DNA from: Spirochaetota bacterium
GTDB taxonomy: Bacteria > Spirochaetota > UBA4802 > UBA5550
NCBI GenBank assembly: GCA_050298055.1
Contig: JBNKTL010000006.1
Span: forward strand, 34,851 to 98,850
Direction: 5' to 3'
DNA length: 64,000 nt
Position 1 is the stretch's first letter, and each line of letters opens with the position of its first letter. Position numbers and translations under genes: made by a program. Shown here one piece after another: positions 40,114 through 50,750 of this stretch. Below the pieces are notes generated by a model. The model saw only the letters and a list, made by a program, of their open reading frames with translations, did no database searches and was not told where the DNA came from.

Positions 40114-41244
40114 TTAATAGATATGCTCAACAATCGAGAGTGAAAAATTATCGGTCTTCTTCAGTTTATCAAACACATTCCTCTCTTCCAGTTCCCTGAG
40201 GAATTCCTTCATGGCTGCGGTATATTCACTTGTTTTTTGTTCCTCATCCGATGCATTATAGTGATCATCATAGGCATCAAAATCAAACCCTTCACTCAAC
40301 TCATGGTGAAATGACCAGTCCGGGGGGCGCAGTCCATCCTTGATCTCCTCCGCTGTGCCCAGGGAGCAGACCCCGCCGTCCATTGCAAATGCCGCAAAAA
40401 CCGTCTCGCCTGACTTATCCGCCAGATCATTGACTACAGCGGAATACTCATCTATCATTTTCCCGATATCAAAATCAGCGGGTAATTTATCCGGCTCAGC
40501 CAGGAAAGAGTCGATTCTCCCTCTGTAGGCGTTTCTCTGCTCATCTGAGAGGTCCGGTACTTTTTCCAGGACCAGTTCCGCCATTTTAAGCGAGGAGGTT
40601 TCAGGATCGGGCAGTTCCAACCCGCTCTGCATGATATAGTCCAGGCGCACTTCGATATCATGCCAGCCCATGGAAAGCAGGGTCCTGACCATCTCACTGT
40701 TCTTCTGTTCCAGGGCAATCTCCACGGCGTTTTTCCCGGACCTGTTTCTTTTTTCACGGTCCAGAAACATGCTTCTGAGAAGTTCATAAACAACTTCTCT
40801 CTGGTTGAGCTTCACTGCCTGTGTCAGGGGAGTCTCTCCATCCCGGTTATAAAGGTTAATGACATTTTCCCCTTTCTCTGAGAGCCATGGCCCAATTGCT
40901 TCCGGGTCATTGCCGGCCACTGCATCAAAAAGCTCCCGGGACCTTTCCTTTAAATTCTCATGCCATTTTTTTATATCAATGGGTTCTACGGGATTTAAAA
41001 ATGACTCAAACTCAAATGTATTGTTTTCTTTACTAAAAAGCTGTGAAGCAATTTTATGATAAAGCCCGTACATCTCTTCCGCCGAAGAGCATTCATGCGT
41101 ACCCATAAGAGAGGGATCAATAGGATTTTCTTTCCTGGATAATAATTGTTTAACGATAACATCAATAATAAATTGATCGGGATCAACACTGATTTGCAGT
41201 TCTAATAAGTTACGCGCACAGTGGCATTGGTGAATAATGATCAT
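40114..41244 (-). CDS. Ankyrin-repeat protein with C-terminal DUF4303-like domain (putative immunity protein)
   Basis: DGETPLTQAV, SGKNAVEIAL ankyrins; C-terminus FAAFAMDG...PPDWSF...YD.HY...L..L....VF..L.KT.NF.....EH. Confidence 0.7.
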   Translation of the reverse strand: MIIIHQCHCARNLLELQISVDPDQFIIDVIVKQLLSRKENPIDPSLMGTHECSSAEEMYGLYHKIASQLFSKENNTFEFESFLNPVEPIDIKKWHENLKERSRELFDAVAGNDPEAIGPWLSEKGENVINLYNRDGETPLTQAVKLNQREVVYELLRSMFLDREKRNRSGKNAVEIALEQKNSEMVRTLLSMGWHDIEVRLDYIMQSGLELPDPETSSLKMAELVLEKVPDLSDEQRNAYRGRIDSFLAEPDKLPADFDIGKMIDEYSAVVNDLADKSGETVFAAFAMDGGVCSLGTAEEIKDGLRPPDWSFHHELSEGFDFDAYDDHYNASDEEQKTSEYTAAMKEFLRELEERNVFDKLKKTDNFSLSIVEHIY

Positions 41245-41440
41245 TGTGATTTTCTCCCGGATATTTCATTTTAACCGGCGAACAGATGCCGGTGAAAACT
41301 CCATTTTCTGTTTTTTCAAATTTTATGATCAGGAAGAATATCCGTCAAGTTTTTCGCTTTATATCATTTTCTCACTGTTTCCTGGTCCTTGGGGCCAGGA
41401 ATGACTTTCCACTTCTCCTGTCTGAGATTCTCCTTTCCTG

Positions 41441-41542
41441 CGTTCAATAACAATAACGATTCTGAGCTTCCACTTCTCTGACAGCGGTTACAGGTTTGAA
41501 AAGAGCCTCTTCAGGCCCGAAAGCCTTAAGAAGTAGGTGTTT
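41441..41542 (+). repeat. 102-bp direct repeat, copy 2 (orphan 3' end of the LolA-like gene)
   Basis: Encodes RSITITILSFHFSDSGYRFEKSLFRPESLKK* versus RLRTITVLSFHSSDSGYSFKKSLFRPESLKK*. Confidence 0.92.
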
Positions 41543-41639
41543 TGCCCCTGATTATTAAGATAAATTCAGTTAAACTCTTGACATCTGTACAGATTAAATG
41601 ATAATCCCTTTTAGAATTCGTGGTTATACCTGCTTTCTT

Positions 41640-42503
41640 ATGAAATCCAAAAAGTTAATAATTATAATAAATCTCATATTATTTATTATTGGCATTTACT
41701 ACCGGTCAAATGCAGATGAAATCAAACTCCGTGATGGGAAGAGCATTTACGGAAAAATTATCGAGATAACCTCCCGTGATATTAAATATCGTGATGGGAA
41801 AACCAAAGAAACCGTTATCATCCCTCAGGAAGGGGCAAAAAGGATAATCTATTTAAAAGAAGAAACGCAGGCAATGCAAAAACCCCAGCCGGCAGAGACA
41901 ACAGCTGTTAAACCCTTGAATGCTCATTTCTATTTCGGTTTTGACTACTTTGCAGGCGGAATGACAACCGGTTTAGATGAACCGGAAGATGACGTAAATT
42001 TTGCAGACGGATGGTTATGGTGGGGACTTGATTCGGGAATAATTATCAATAATCATTTCATGACCGGACTTCATGTGTATATCGGGAGCTGGTCAAATTG
42101 GTATCAAAATAACAGCGGGGGAGAGGACTATACCTTCTCATATGAGATCTATGAATACAGATACTACATATCATACTACCCTGTTCCGGGGAACAGCAAA
42201 ATCCCGGACAGGTATTTTATCAAAGCGGGAACCGGCATAGCCCACCTGCTCTATGAAACAGACCACCCCGATTATATAAAGGGTTATAATGACAAGGTAA
42301 ACACCTATGGAATGACATATCTGGTTGGTTTCGGATATTCATTTTCTTTAAGCGGTTTTCCAAAAAGTTTCTTAACACTCTTCCCCATAGATACACGTAT
42401 TACAATTGGAATCGATTATTCTTATCAGAGATATTTTGATAATGAAATTATTCAGAAAACTCACACCTACCGGATATACTCATCTGCCATGATGTTTTTC
42501 TGA
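41640..42503 (+). CDS. Secreted protein: small N-terminal beta domain + outer-membrane beta-barrel
   Basis: ADEIKLRDGKSIYGKIIE N-domain seen in spirochaete OMPs; aromatic strands; terminal Phe. Confidence 0.65.
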   Translation: MKSKKLIIIINLILFIIGIYYRSNADEIKLRDGKSIYGKIIEITSRDIKYRDGKTKETVIIPQEGAKRIIYLKEETQAMQKPQPAETTAVKPLNAHFYFGFDYFAGGMTTGLDEPEDDVNFADGWLWWGLDSGIIINNHFMTGLHVYIGSWSNWYQNNSGGEDYTFSYEIYEYRYYISYYPVPGNSKIPDRYFIKAGTGIAHLLYETDHPDYIKGYNDKVNTYGMTYLVGFGYSFSLSGFPKSFLTLFPIDTRITIGIDYSYQRYFDNEIIQKTHTYRIYSSAMMFF

Positions 42504-42772
42504 CAGTACATCATAACGATTTTGAAAACGTAAAATCTCATAAGCATGAATCCTTTCATTTCCTGTAAAATATCCAAGGGGGTATATTCACTCATCTATT
42601 GAGCCCAACAGACATTATCCGGAGCCTTCCCATTTGCAGAGATGTCTGGAAATGACATTCTTAAATCAAGTGATATCTGTGTATCAGATGAATAGTGGAT
42701 CTGAATTCATTATGTTTTTGGTGTTTTCAAAAGATTAGAATTTTCATTAACATCATAAAGGAGGATTTGAAG

Positions 42773-44059
42773 ATGGTAAAGGCAGTTGATATCTCTCAAA
42801 ACTTTGATACCACAGGACTTTATAGAATGCCCTGGACGCAATCTGACAACACAAGCACCTGGCTTGAGATTACCAGAGGGTGTGATATTACATGTGAATA
42901 CTGCATCCAGGACCATGTGTGTGTTAATAACAAAACCCTGGAAGAGATTGAGTTTGAGCTCAGCGAACTCATGAGACTCCGCAAGTGTGATTCAATGATA
43001 ATTGCCGGCGGAGAGCCTCTTATCCATCCCGATATTATTAAAATTGTTGAGATGGTGAAATTCCATCAAGTCAAGCCGGTAATTATCACCAATGGTGTTG
43101 CACTTGATGACTTACTACTGGGTAAGTTAAAAAAGGCAGGACTCTACGGAGCGATCCTGCATATCGATTCGGGACAGCATCGGCCCGGCTGGTTTAACAA
43201 GGATGAGAAGGAGCTGAATGAACTCAGGCAGCACTATGTAAATATGTTTTGCAGACAGAATGGACTTATCTGTTCATTTATTACAACGATTACTCCAAGG
43301 GCACTCCACCAGGTTCCTGATATTATTGAATGGATGAAGAAAAATACCGGAAGCGTCGCACAAAATATCTTCATTCCGGTAAGAGGATGGGATAAAGATG
43401 ATCCATGGGATTATTATGCAGGCGGGAAAAAGATCTCAATCGAAACAACAGAGTACAGTCAGGACAATAATTACACTCCTCTGTCGGCAAGGGATATCTC
43501 TGAAGAGGTAAAAAAGGTGTTGCCGGAATTCAGGTTCAGCGGATTCCTGGGCGGGACAGAAGTTGCGCAGGCACCAAAATGGCTTATCGGTTTATACCTT
43601 GAATCGGGAAATAAATTCCTCGGCAATTTCGGGCATAAGAGCATGGAGATATCACAGGTTGCCCATCATGCTGTCTTCGGGCGATATCTCTCCTTTCTCA
43701 ACCCCGGACTTTACAGATGGGGCAAACTCCTCTTTCCTCTCACTCTTTTTGATAACAGTATCCGCAGAGCATTTGCCCGGTATTTTAAATCGATACTGAT
43801 CAATCCGTTGATAATACTCAAACCGATAACAGTGCAGAGCATTATCATCATGCAGCCCTTCGATATCCTTGAAAATGGAGAGTGCGATATGTGTGACGGC
43901 TGCCCCAATAAGACCTATTATCAGGGTAGACTGGTTTCAGAGTGCAGGATGGAGGAATACCTCAGCTATGGGAGGCTGATGCAGTATGTTCCCAGGGATA
44001 AGCCCCATGGGAACCGGGATCGTGAAGGGATGAAAACCTTTGAGCAGGCGGTAAAATGA
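42773..44059 (+). CDS. Radical SAM protein with C-terminal Cys cluster
   Basis: CDITCEYC, AGGEPLIHP, ITNG, HIDSGQ.R, CDMCDGCP...C; GGAGG RBS. Confidence 0.9.
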   Translation: MVKAVDISQNFDTTGLYRMPWTQSDNTSTWLEITRGCDITCEYCIQDHVCVNNKTLEEIEFELSELMRLRKCDSMIIAGGEPLIHPDIIKIVEMVKFHQVKPVIITNGVALDDLLLGKLKKAGLYGAILHIDSGQHRPGWFNKDEKELNELRQHYVNMFCRQNGLICSFITTITPRALHQVPDIIEWMKKNTGSVAQNIFIPVRGWDKDDPWDYYAGGKKISIETTEYSQDNNYTPLSARDISEEVKKVLPEFRFSGFLGGTEVAQAPKWLIGLYLESGNKFLGNFGHKSMEISQVAHHAVFGRYLSFLNPGLYRWGKLLFPLTLFDNSIRRAFARYFKSILINPLIILKPITVQSIIIMQPFDILENGECDMCDGCPNKTYYQGRLVSECRMEEYLSYGRLMQYVPRDKPHGNRDREGMKTFEQAVK

Positions 44060-44077
44060 GAAGGAGAAATATGAGTT

Positions 44078-44905
44078 ATGATTTACAGAAATGTTCACCT
44101 TCAGAAGTCAAGGAAACTTACCGGATGGAGAAAAATGTCACTGGGATCATGGAGACCCACGGGAGATTCCAGTATTCATACCGGGATAGAACTGGATGCG
44201 GAACCGTTATTGAAACGTCTGGATAAAATCAACGGGAACCGTTCCGGGGGAGATGTTAAAGTCACATTTTTACACTGTTTTTCAAAGGCCCTGGGACAGG
44301 CGATTTCTCAAAACCCCCAGATCAATTCAATTGTACGTTTTGGAAGAATATATCCCAGAACCGATGTGGATATATTTTTCCACGTGGTTAATAATTTCAA
44401 CGACGGAGAGGACTTGAGCGGTTTTGTGATAAGGAATATTGACAGGAAAGAGTTAAAAGATATCTCCCGGGAGTTTTTCACAACAAGTCGGAATATAAAA
44501 GAGGGTTTGCATAAAGAAAATGACAGGAAAATAAAATCCCTCTTCAGATTATTTCCCGGGATACTCTCAAGATGCCTGCTCAATCTGTTTAGTTTTGTTC
44601 TCTACAGCCTGAATCTCTGGTCGCCCCTTATGGGAAGCCCCCGAGATTTTTTCGGAAGTGTCATGTTGTCATATATCGGTTCATTCGGGGCCGATAATGC
44701 ATTTGCACCAATTGCCCCGTATACCAGGATCCCTATGGTTATTTCTCTGGGGGCAGTAAAGAAAAGGCCCTTTGTAATCGGTGATTCAATTGTTGCGAGA
44801 AATACCGTGAGAGTCGGGATTGTATACGACCACAGGATCTGCGACGGAATACATATTCAGAAGATGATCAACGATCTTACACAGTTTGTGGAATCCACAG
44901 GATAA
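44078..44905 (+). CDS. Stand-alone 2-oxoacid dehydrogenase E2-type acyltransferase catalytic domain
   Basis: GSVMLS.IGSFG, LGAVKKRP.V, YDHRICDG catalytic motif; no lipoyl domain. Confidence 0.88.
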   Translation: MIYRNVHLQKSRKLTGWRKMSLGSWRPTGDSSIHTGIELDAEPLLKRLDKINGNRSGGDVKVTFLHCFSKALGQAISQNPQINSIVRFGRIYPRTDVDIFFHVVNNFNDGEDLSGFVIRNIDRKELKDISREFFTTSRNIKEGLHKENDRKIKSLFRLFPGILSRCLLNLFSFVLYSLNLWSPLMGSPRDFFGSVMLSYIGSFGADNAFAPIAPYTRIPMVISLGAVKKRPFVIGDSIVARNTVRVGIVYDHRICDGIHIQKMINDLTQFVESTG

Positions 44906-45066
44906 ATGGATCAGGAGACCCGCTCACTTTTTCTTCTTTTCACCCGCAGATGCGGGATAGATCGCAGCTCTGGCGAGAACAGACCCTGATAATTCGCAGG
45001 ATATTGTTTCCCTGTTGAGTTAAATTTTTACGAACAGGTAAATTTCAAAAAAAATCCGGAAAATAC

Positions 45067-45095
45067 TTGACGTTATCCACACAGTTAACTATATT
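45067..45095 (+). promoter_or_regulatory. Sigma70-type promoter of tetR-tolC-RND with a DnaA-box match in the spacer
   Basis: TTGACG-17 bp-TATATT; spacer begins TTATCCACA (45073-45081). Confidence 0.55.
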
Positions 45096-45153
45096 AACCT
45101 CATGGTTAAATTTATAGACCATATGTTTAATTATATTGAACAAAAGGTTAATT

Positions 45154-45921
45154 ATGACAAAAAGCGACATTGAGGCCAAAGAAAACATTCGGAAAGCAGC
45201 CAAAACCGAATTTGCCGAAAGGGGATTCCAGGGTGCCCGGATGGCAAAGATCGCGGAATCGGCGGGAGTCAACAAGGCCCTTATCCATTACTACTTCACG
45301 AACAAGGAAGGACTCTATGAAGAAGTCCTGGACAGGATGTTTAACAATCCCGGTGTAAATGCAAATTTTCCGGTTTACGGAGGAAATTTTAATCTCACCG
45401 CATCCCAGAGACTCTACCTCCTCACCTACTTTATTGTGATGGTCCACCTCAGGTGTACGGACATGGAGGATAATTCCATACTCCTCTGGGAGATCGCGGA
45501 GGGAGGGGATTTCCTGGAGAAGGTCTACTCCAAGTATATCGCGGACCTCTCGGAGAAAATCATAAAATTTTTCAGCGACGGCATTGAGTCCGGGGAGTTT
45601 CATTCCAAGTACCCGGGATTGATCATGATGGGATTCAAAAACATGATCGATTCCTTTGTTCATGAATCCGGGAGAAGGTTCAGGCACACCCCCTTTGAAA
45701 AGACAGTGGGTCTTCTGACCGAGGACGATTACCTGGAATTTTTTTTAGATTACATGTTTCATATGCTCGGTCCCGGCGGCAGGAAGCTGGAAATTCCCGA
45801 AATACCGGAAGATATCATAACATACATAGACCAGCTCCTGGAGATCGTAAAAGAAACCAAAGCGACAAAAGAATTCAATGAAAAGATATTCGGATTTATA
45901 CTGGGAAATCAGGATAATTGA
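45154..45921 (+). CDS. TetR/AcrR family regulator
   Basis: IRKAAKTEFAERGFQGARMAKIAESAGVNKALIHYYFTNKEGLY. Confidence 0.93.
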   Translation: MTKSDIEAKENIRKAAKTEFAERGFQGARMAKIAESAGVNKALIHYYFTNKEGLYEEVLDRMFNNPGVNANFPVYGGNFNLTASQRLYLLTYFIVMVHLRCTDMEDNSILLWEIAEGGDFLEKVYSKYIADLSEKIIKFFSDGIESGEFHSKYPGLIMMGFKNMIDSFVHESGRRFRHTPFEKTVGLLTEDDYLEFFLDYMFHMLGPGGRKLEIPEIPEDIITYIDQLLEIVKETKATKEFNEKIFGFILGNQDN

Positions 45922-45943
45922 AATCAGGTTAACGGAGTTTTAA

Positions 45944-47548
45944 ATGAAAAATAAGATCATAATTACGATAAGTCTAAGTACTATCCTCTTATGCGGTACG
46001 ATCTATTCAGAGGAGAAAAAGAAGGAGCCGGAGAAAAAAAGTGAGGAGTCAAAGATATCGGTGATTATCGAGGATGAACCTGCGGTTATCATCGGCGGAT
46101 TCAAACTTACCCTGGGACAGGCCATCAGGCAGGCCATTGAACAGAACCATGTCATATTGTCGGGAAAATATGATGTGGCCATGACAGATTCTCTCTACCG
46201 GACATTCCAGAAGAAATATTCCATTTTCCTCAATGCAGGTTCCGGAATAAAATACCAGGAATATCCCGAATCACTGGCCATGATGAGCGGCAAAGACAGG
46301 ACAACCCTTGACGCGTCCCTGGCACTGGCGAAGATGTTCAGATCAGGGACAACCCTCTCAGCGGGGATCAGCAACGAGTATGCCAGGACAACATACGATC
46401 CCCTTGTCCTTGACCTCGGTGACGGAAATACCCTGCCTCTGCAGTTCGGGCTGGACAGGTCCTATACCCCGGTGGCATTTGTCAGCATACAGCAGGAGCT
46501 CCTGAAAAACAGCTTCGGTTTCAGCGAGAGGAGGCAGGAGAAGATACTGAAGAACATGGCAAAAATGCAGAAGGAGCAGGTCCTCTCCATGCTCTCCATG
46601 GTGGTCCTGGGAGTTATAGCGGACTACTGGAATGTAATACTCCAGAAAAAGAATACCCTGAACGCGAAGTTTCTCCTGACCGAAACACGGAAGGTCAGAT
46701 ACATTATCGGGCGAAACGTAAAGTTTGGCCTGGCGGACAGTTTCAATATCAACTACTATAACCTGCTGGTTGCCGGTTCCGAAGCACGCCTCACCGCGTC
46801 AAAACAGAAGTACAGGGACACCCTGAGGAATTTTCTCACTGCGGTGAACATGGATGAGAAGATGGAATTAAGCGGTTCTGTAATCCTCACGGATAAACTC
46901 CCGGAACTCAACCTGGAAGCAGAACTGAAAACGGCATTTCAAAAAAGGGCCGATTACAGCAACGCAAAGCTGAACCTGGAAAACGCAAAGTATGATGTGG
47001 AGATACAGGAAAAGGACTCAATGCCCTCCCTCACTGCCGAACTCAATATCGCCACAATGGGTCAGAGAGAAAACGCGGTTGATTCCTCCTCCGATGCCGC
47101 CGCGTTTAACTATCCTTCCTTTGAGGCCAGGATCAGGCTCTCCCATCCCCTGGATGACAGCGAACAGAAGATCAAACTGAGAAACGCCCTCTACAGGCTC
47201 AAACAGGCAAAGATCAATCTGCAGAAAACCGAAAGAACGGTCAGAGATGAAATTGCCGGCCGTGTGGAAAACATAAAAACCGCCCATGAAATATATGAAA
47301 AATCAAAGAGGGCCCGGATAGAGGCCGAAGCATTCTACTACAAGATGCTCGGAAGCCTGAGGCGGGGAAGGCTCGATACTGCAACGGTAAAAAACGGCAT
47401 CGACGCAATGGTTGAAAGCAGGCAGAGCGAACTGGAATCCCTCATATTCTACAACATCTCACTTCTCAGGCTGGTCATCGCGAAAAACCAGCTCTGGGAA
47501 AAGTACATGATTGATGTTGAAAAATACATCCCCAGAGAAAACAAATAA
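45944..47548 (+). CDS. TolC-family outer membrane efflux protein
   Basis: Signal peptide, LTL.QAI..AIEQN, YWNV, R.DY..AK, P.L, helical OEP repeats. Confidence 0.85.
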   Translation: MKNKIIITISLSTILLCGTIYSEEKKKEPEKKSEESKISVIIEDEPAVIIGGFKLTLGQAIRQAIEQNHVILSGKYDVAMTDSLYRTFQKKYSIFLNAGSGIKYQEYPESLAMMSGKDRTTLDASLALAKMFRSGTTLSAGISNEYARTTYDPLVLDLGDGNTLPLQFGLDRSYTPVAFVSIQQELLKNSFGFSERRQEKILKNMAKMQKEQVLSMLSMVVLGVIADYWNVILQKKNTLNAKFLLTETRKVRYIIGRNVKFGLADSFNINYYNLLVAGSEARLTASKQKYRDTLRNFLTAVNMDEKMELSGSVILTDKLPELNLEAELKTAFQKRADYSNAKLNLENAKYDVEIQEKDSMPSLTAELNIATMGQRENAVDSSSDAAAFNYPSFEARIRLSHPLDDSEQKIKLRNALYRLKQAKINLQKTERTVRDEIAGRVENIKTAHEIYEKSKRARIEAEAFYYKMLGSLRRGRLDTATVKNGIDAMVESRQSELESLIFYNISLLRLVIAKNQLWEKYMIDVEKYIPRENK

Positions 47549-47561
47549 CAAGGATTACATA

Positions 47562-50500
47562 ATGAGCCGAATAATATCATATTTAATGGAACAAAAACTC
47601 CTGGTAAACCTGGTAGTGGCACTCCTCATGGCAGCGGGGATTATCACACTCATGAACCTCAACAGGGAAGCATTCCCCGACGCGAACTTCGATATGGTTT
47701 CCGTGACCACGACCTACCCCGGCGGTTCCCCCGACGAAATCGAAAAGCTTATCACCATCCCTATCGAAAAAAAGCTCAGGGAGGTTGACGGTATTGACAA
47801 GGTGCGGTCCTACAATATAGAGAACGTTTCGGTCCTGGCAATCTACCTGGATGATGATTCAAGCGACAAGTCGGTGGTGGTTCAGGATATAAAAGACGCG
47901 GTAGAGAGCGTGGACAACCTTCCGGACAACGCCGAACGCCCCGAAGTTGAGGAACTGAAATTTGACAAGAAGATGCTCATTGATATTGCCGTATACGGGA
48001 AAAAGCCCGGAACACCCTACAGGAAGATCAGGGAAGCCGCCAAACACCTTGAGGACTTTCTCTATGAGATAGACGGCATTGCCGAAGTGGAAAAGTTTGG
48101 CTACAGGGACCGGGAGTATCTGGTTGAGGCCGACCCGGCGCAACTGCAGTTCTACCGCATGGGTATCAACAGCGTTATCAACACCCTGAGAACACGGAAC
48201 CTTGATTTTCCGGGCGGCTCCCTGAAAGTCGGGGACAGGGAATATGTTCTCCGCACAAGCGGACAGTACAGGGACACGGAAGAATTGAAGAATACAGTGG
48301 TCATCTCCAACGATGCGGGGTTTGTTACACGGATAAGGGACATCGCGAAAGTCAAGGACACCTTCGAAGACCCCACGGTCTACGAGAGGTTCAACGGGAA
48401 AAACGCAGTGATCCTCATGACATGGAAAAAAAAGACAGCGGACGAGATCAGGCTGGTCAAAAAAGTCAGGGAGTCCCTCAAAAAATACAGGCCCCTTCAT
48501 GCCGAAGATATTAATATCGAAATCTTTTACGACTGGAGCAGGCTCACAAAGAACAGGATATCGTCGGTTATCTCCAATGCCATCACGGGGCTGATTCTCC
48601 TCACATTGATACTCATGGCGCTCCTGGGTATTCGAATATCCGCCATCGTCTCCCTGGGGATCCCCGGTGCCTTCATGGTCTCATTTATGGGGATGAAGGC
48701 CAACGGCATTACACTGAATATCATCAGCCTCTTCGGCCTTATTATGGTCCTGGGAATGATCGTTGATTTCAGTATCGTGGTCTCGGAAAACAGTTACCGG
48801 TATATGGAGATGGGTCTTTCGAGAAAAGAGGCGATCAAAAAAGGTGTCAGCGAGGTTTTCTGGCCGGTTACCGTTACCTTCCTCTGTATAACCGCCGCCT
48901 TTGTTCCCCTTCTCTTCCTCACGGGAATCGTGGGAAAATTCATCAAGGCGATACCTATCGTACTCATCATCTGCCTTGGAGCGTCATGGTTTGTTGCCAT
49001 GTTCATACTCCCCACGCACCTGAATATCTTCGCGAAAATAAAGAAGTCAAACAGGGAGCATGAGAGCGACCATGACGAAGTGGTCATCGAAAAGGGGGGC
49101 TTCGGTTTCATCCAGAAGGTCTACCTCGGGACCCTCAAACGAATTCTCAGGTTCAGGTATTTAACCCTGGTGCTTCTTCTCGCGGGATTTACCGGATCCC
49201 TTATCCTCGCGAAAATTGTGGGATTTGTCTTCATGCCGGGAGGCGGCGCAGAGAAGATCGTCATTAAGACCCGGCTTCCCCAGGGAACCAACCTCGAAGC
49301 AAATCTCAGGGAGATGAAAAAGATGGAGGAGATCATCCTCAGGCTCCCTAAAGATGAACTGGAAGGAGTGCGGACACAGGTGGGCAAAGACCAGAGCGAC
49401 GGCCTGGACCCGAAACCGGGGGAAGGGACCCACAAGAGCACCCTCACCCTTTTTCTCACTCCTGACAATGACAGGAAACGAAACGCGTCCCTCATTAGAG
49501 ACCAGGTGCGCGGATGGGTCCGTGCGGCACAGGAGGAGGGAAAAATTACCAAAAATATCAAGATCCTCTTCAACGTTGAGGAGCACGGCCCTCCTGTGGG
49601 AAAACCGGTCAATATCGAGATCCGGGGCGAGAGCTTTGATACACTGACAAAGATCGCGGGGAAGTATATTAACGAACTCAAATCCATGGAGGGTGTCACG
49701 GATGTGACCATGGATTATGAGGAGGGAAAGCAGGAGTACAGGTACTTTATCAATGAAGTCCTGGCGTCCCGGACCAAAGTTTCGGTCCTGGACGTGGCTA
49801 CATCCCTTAACGCGTCATACCAGGGTACGGTGGCAACAAGCGTAAGGCGGGGAGATGAAGATATTGACATCCGGGTCCGGTTCCCGGAGAAGGAGCGGAA
49901 GAGGCTCAGGAGCCTCGACAATGTCTCTATCTCCAACAACAAGGGGGGGCTCATACCCCTGGCAATGGTAACGGGAGTGAAAAAACAGCCGGGGATATCC
50001 CACATCAACAGGCTTAATTTCAAGCGGCTGATACAGGTCCAGGCAAATGTTGAAACAGAGAAGATAACATCCATGGAGGTCAATAAAATATTGAAAAAGA
50101 CGTTCGCGGATATCAGCGAAAAGCACCCCTCCTACTCGGTAGCATACGGAGGCGAACAGGAGGACACCAACAAGAGCATGGGGGAGATGGGGACACTCTT
50201 CATCTTTGCCCTGATGATAATCTACGTGATACTTGCGGTCTTCTTCAACTCCCTTATTCTCCCCGGGGTGGTCATGAGCGCCATCCCCTTTGCGCTGGTG
50301 GGTGTGGTCCTGGCACTTTTTGCCCACGGACAGCCCCTCTCCTTCATGAGTATGCTGGGCGTGTTCAGCCTCGCGGGGGTCATTGTCAGCAACACACTTG
50401 TGCTGGTCCAGTTTATCAACTACCAGAAGGAGAAGGGACTCCCCCTGAAAGAGGCCCTTCTCAACGCCGGGATCATGAGGCTCCGCCCGGTGATCCTCAC

Positions 50501-50738
50501 CACGGGGACCACGGTCCTTGCCCTCTTCCCCACCATATACGGGCTGGGAGGAAAGGACTACTTCGTTGCGCCCCTGGCCCTCTCCTTCGGCTACGGCCTG
50601 ATATTCGCAACATTCATCACCCTTGTTCTTATCCCCACATTCTACCATATTGCCGAGGACTACAAGGGACTCCTGTCGCGGATACTTTTACGCTTCGGGA
50701 TAAAGATGGGGAGGGAGCTGCACAGGTATGATAATTGA
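47562..50738 (+). CDS. AcrB/AcrD/AcrF-family RND transporter
   Basis: REAFP, YPG.SP.EIE..IT.PIE, GMIVDFSIVVSEN, RLRPVILT.GTT, TLVLIP. Confidence 0.93.
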   Translation: MSRIISYLMEQKLLVNLVVALLMAAGIITLMNLNREAFPDANFDMVSVTTTYPGGSPDEIEKLITIPIEKKLREVDGIDKVRSYNIENVSVLAIYLDDDSSDKSVVVQDIKDAVESVDNLPDNAERPEVEELKFDKKMLIDIAVYGKKPGTPYRKIREAAKHLEDFLYEIDGIAEVEKFGYRDREYLVEADPAQLQFYRMGINSVINTLRTRNLDFPGGSLKVGDREYVLRTSGQYRDTEELKNTVVISNDAGFVTRIRDIAKVKDTFEDPTVYERFNGKNAVILMTWKKKTADEIRLVKKVRESLKKYRPLHAEDINIEIFYDWSRLTKNRISSVISNAITGLILLTLILMALLGIRISAIVSLGIPGAFMVSFMGMKANGITLNIISLFGLIMVLGMIVDFSIVVSENSYRYMEMGLSRKEAIKKGVSEVFWPVTVTFLCITAAFVPLLFLTGIVGKFIKAIPIVLIICLGASWFVAMFILPTHLNIFAKIKKSNREHESDHDEVVIEKGGFGFIQKVYLGTLKRILRFRYLTLVLLLAGFTGSLILAKIVGFVFMPGGGAEKIVIKTRLPQGTNLEANLREMKKMEEIILRLPKDELEGVRTQVGKDQSDGLDPKPGEGTHKSTLTLFLTPDNDRKRNASLIRDQVRGWVRAAQEEGKITKNIKILFNVEEHGPPVGKPVNIEIRGESFDTLTKIAGKYINELKSMEGVTDVTMDYEEGKQEYRYFINEVLASRTKVSVLDVATSLNASYQGTVATSVRRGDEDIDIRVRFPEKERKRLRSLDNVSISNNKGGLIPLAMVTGVKKQPGISHINRLNFKRLIQVQANVETEKITSMEVNKILKKTFADISEKHPSYSVAYGGEQEDTNKSMGEMGTLFIFALMIIYVILAVFFNSLILPGVVMSAIPFALVGVVLALFAHGQPLSFMSMLGVFSLAGVIVSNTLVLVQFINYQKEKGLPLKEALLNAGIMRLRPVILTTGTTVLALFPTIYGLGGKDYFVAPLALSFGYGLIFATFITLVLIPTFYHIAEDYKGLLSRILLRFGIKMGRELHRYDN

Positions 50739-50750
50739 AAGAAGGAAAAT

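Noticed and set aside
40000..41542. DGR template/variable repeat pair at a gene 3' end
   Set aside because: The 8 mismatches are not adenine-specific for either copy or strand (at most 3 of 8), and no reverse transcriptase is in the window
42520..42760. Riboswitch upstream of the radical SAM gene (CAGACAT...ATGTCTG stem)
   Set aside because: I could not match SAM, cobalamin, c-di-GMP or fluoride consensus motifs by eye; an Infernal scan is needed
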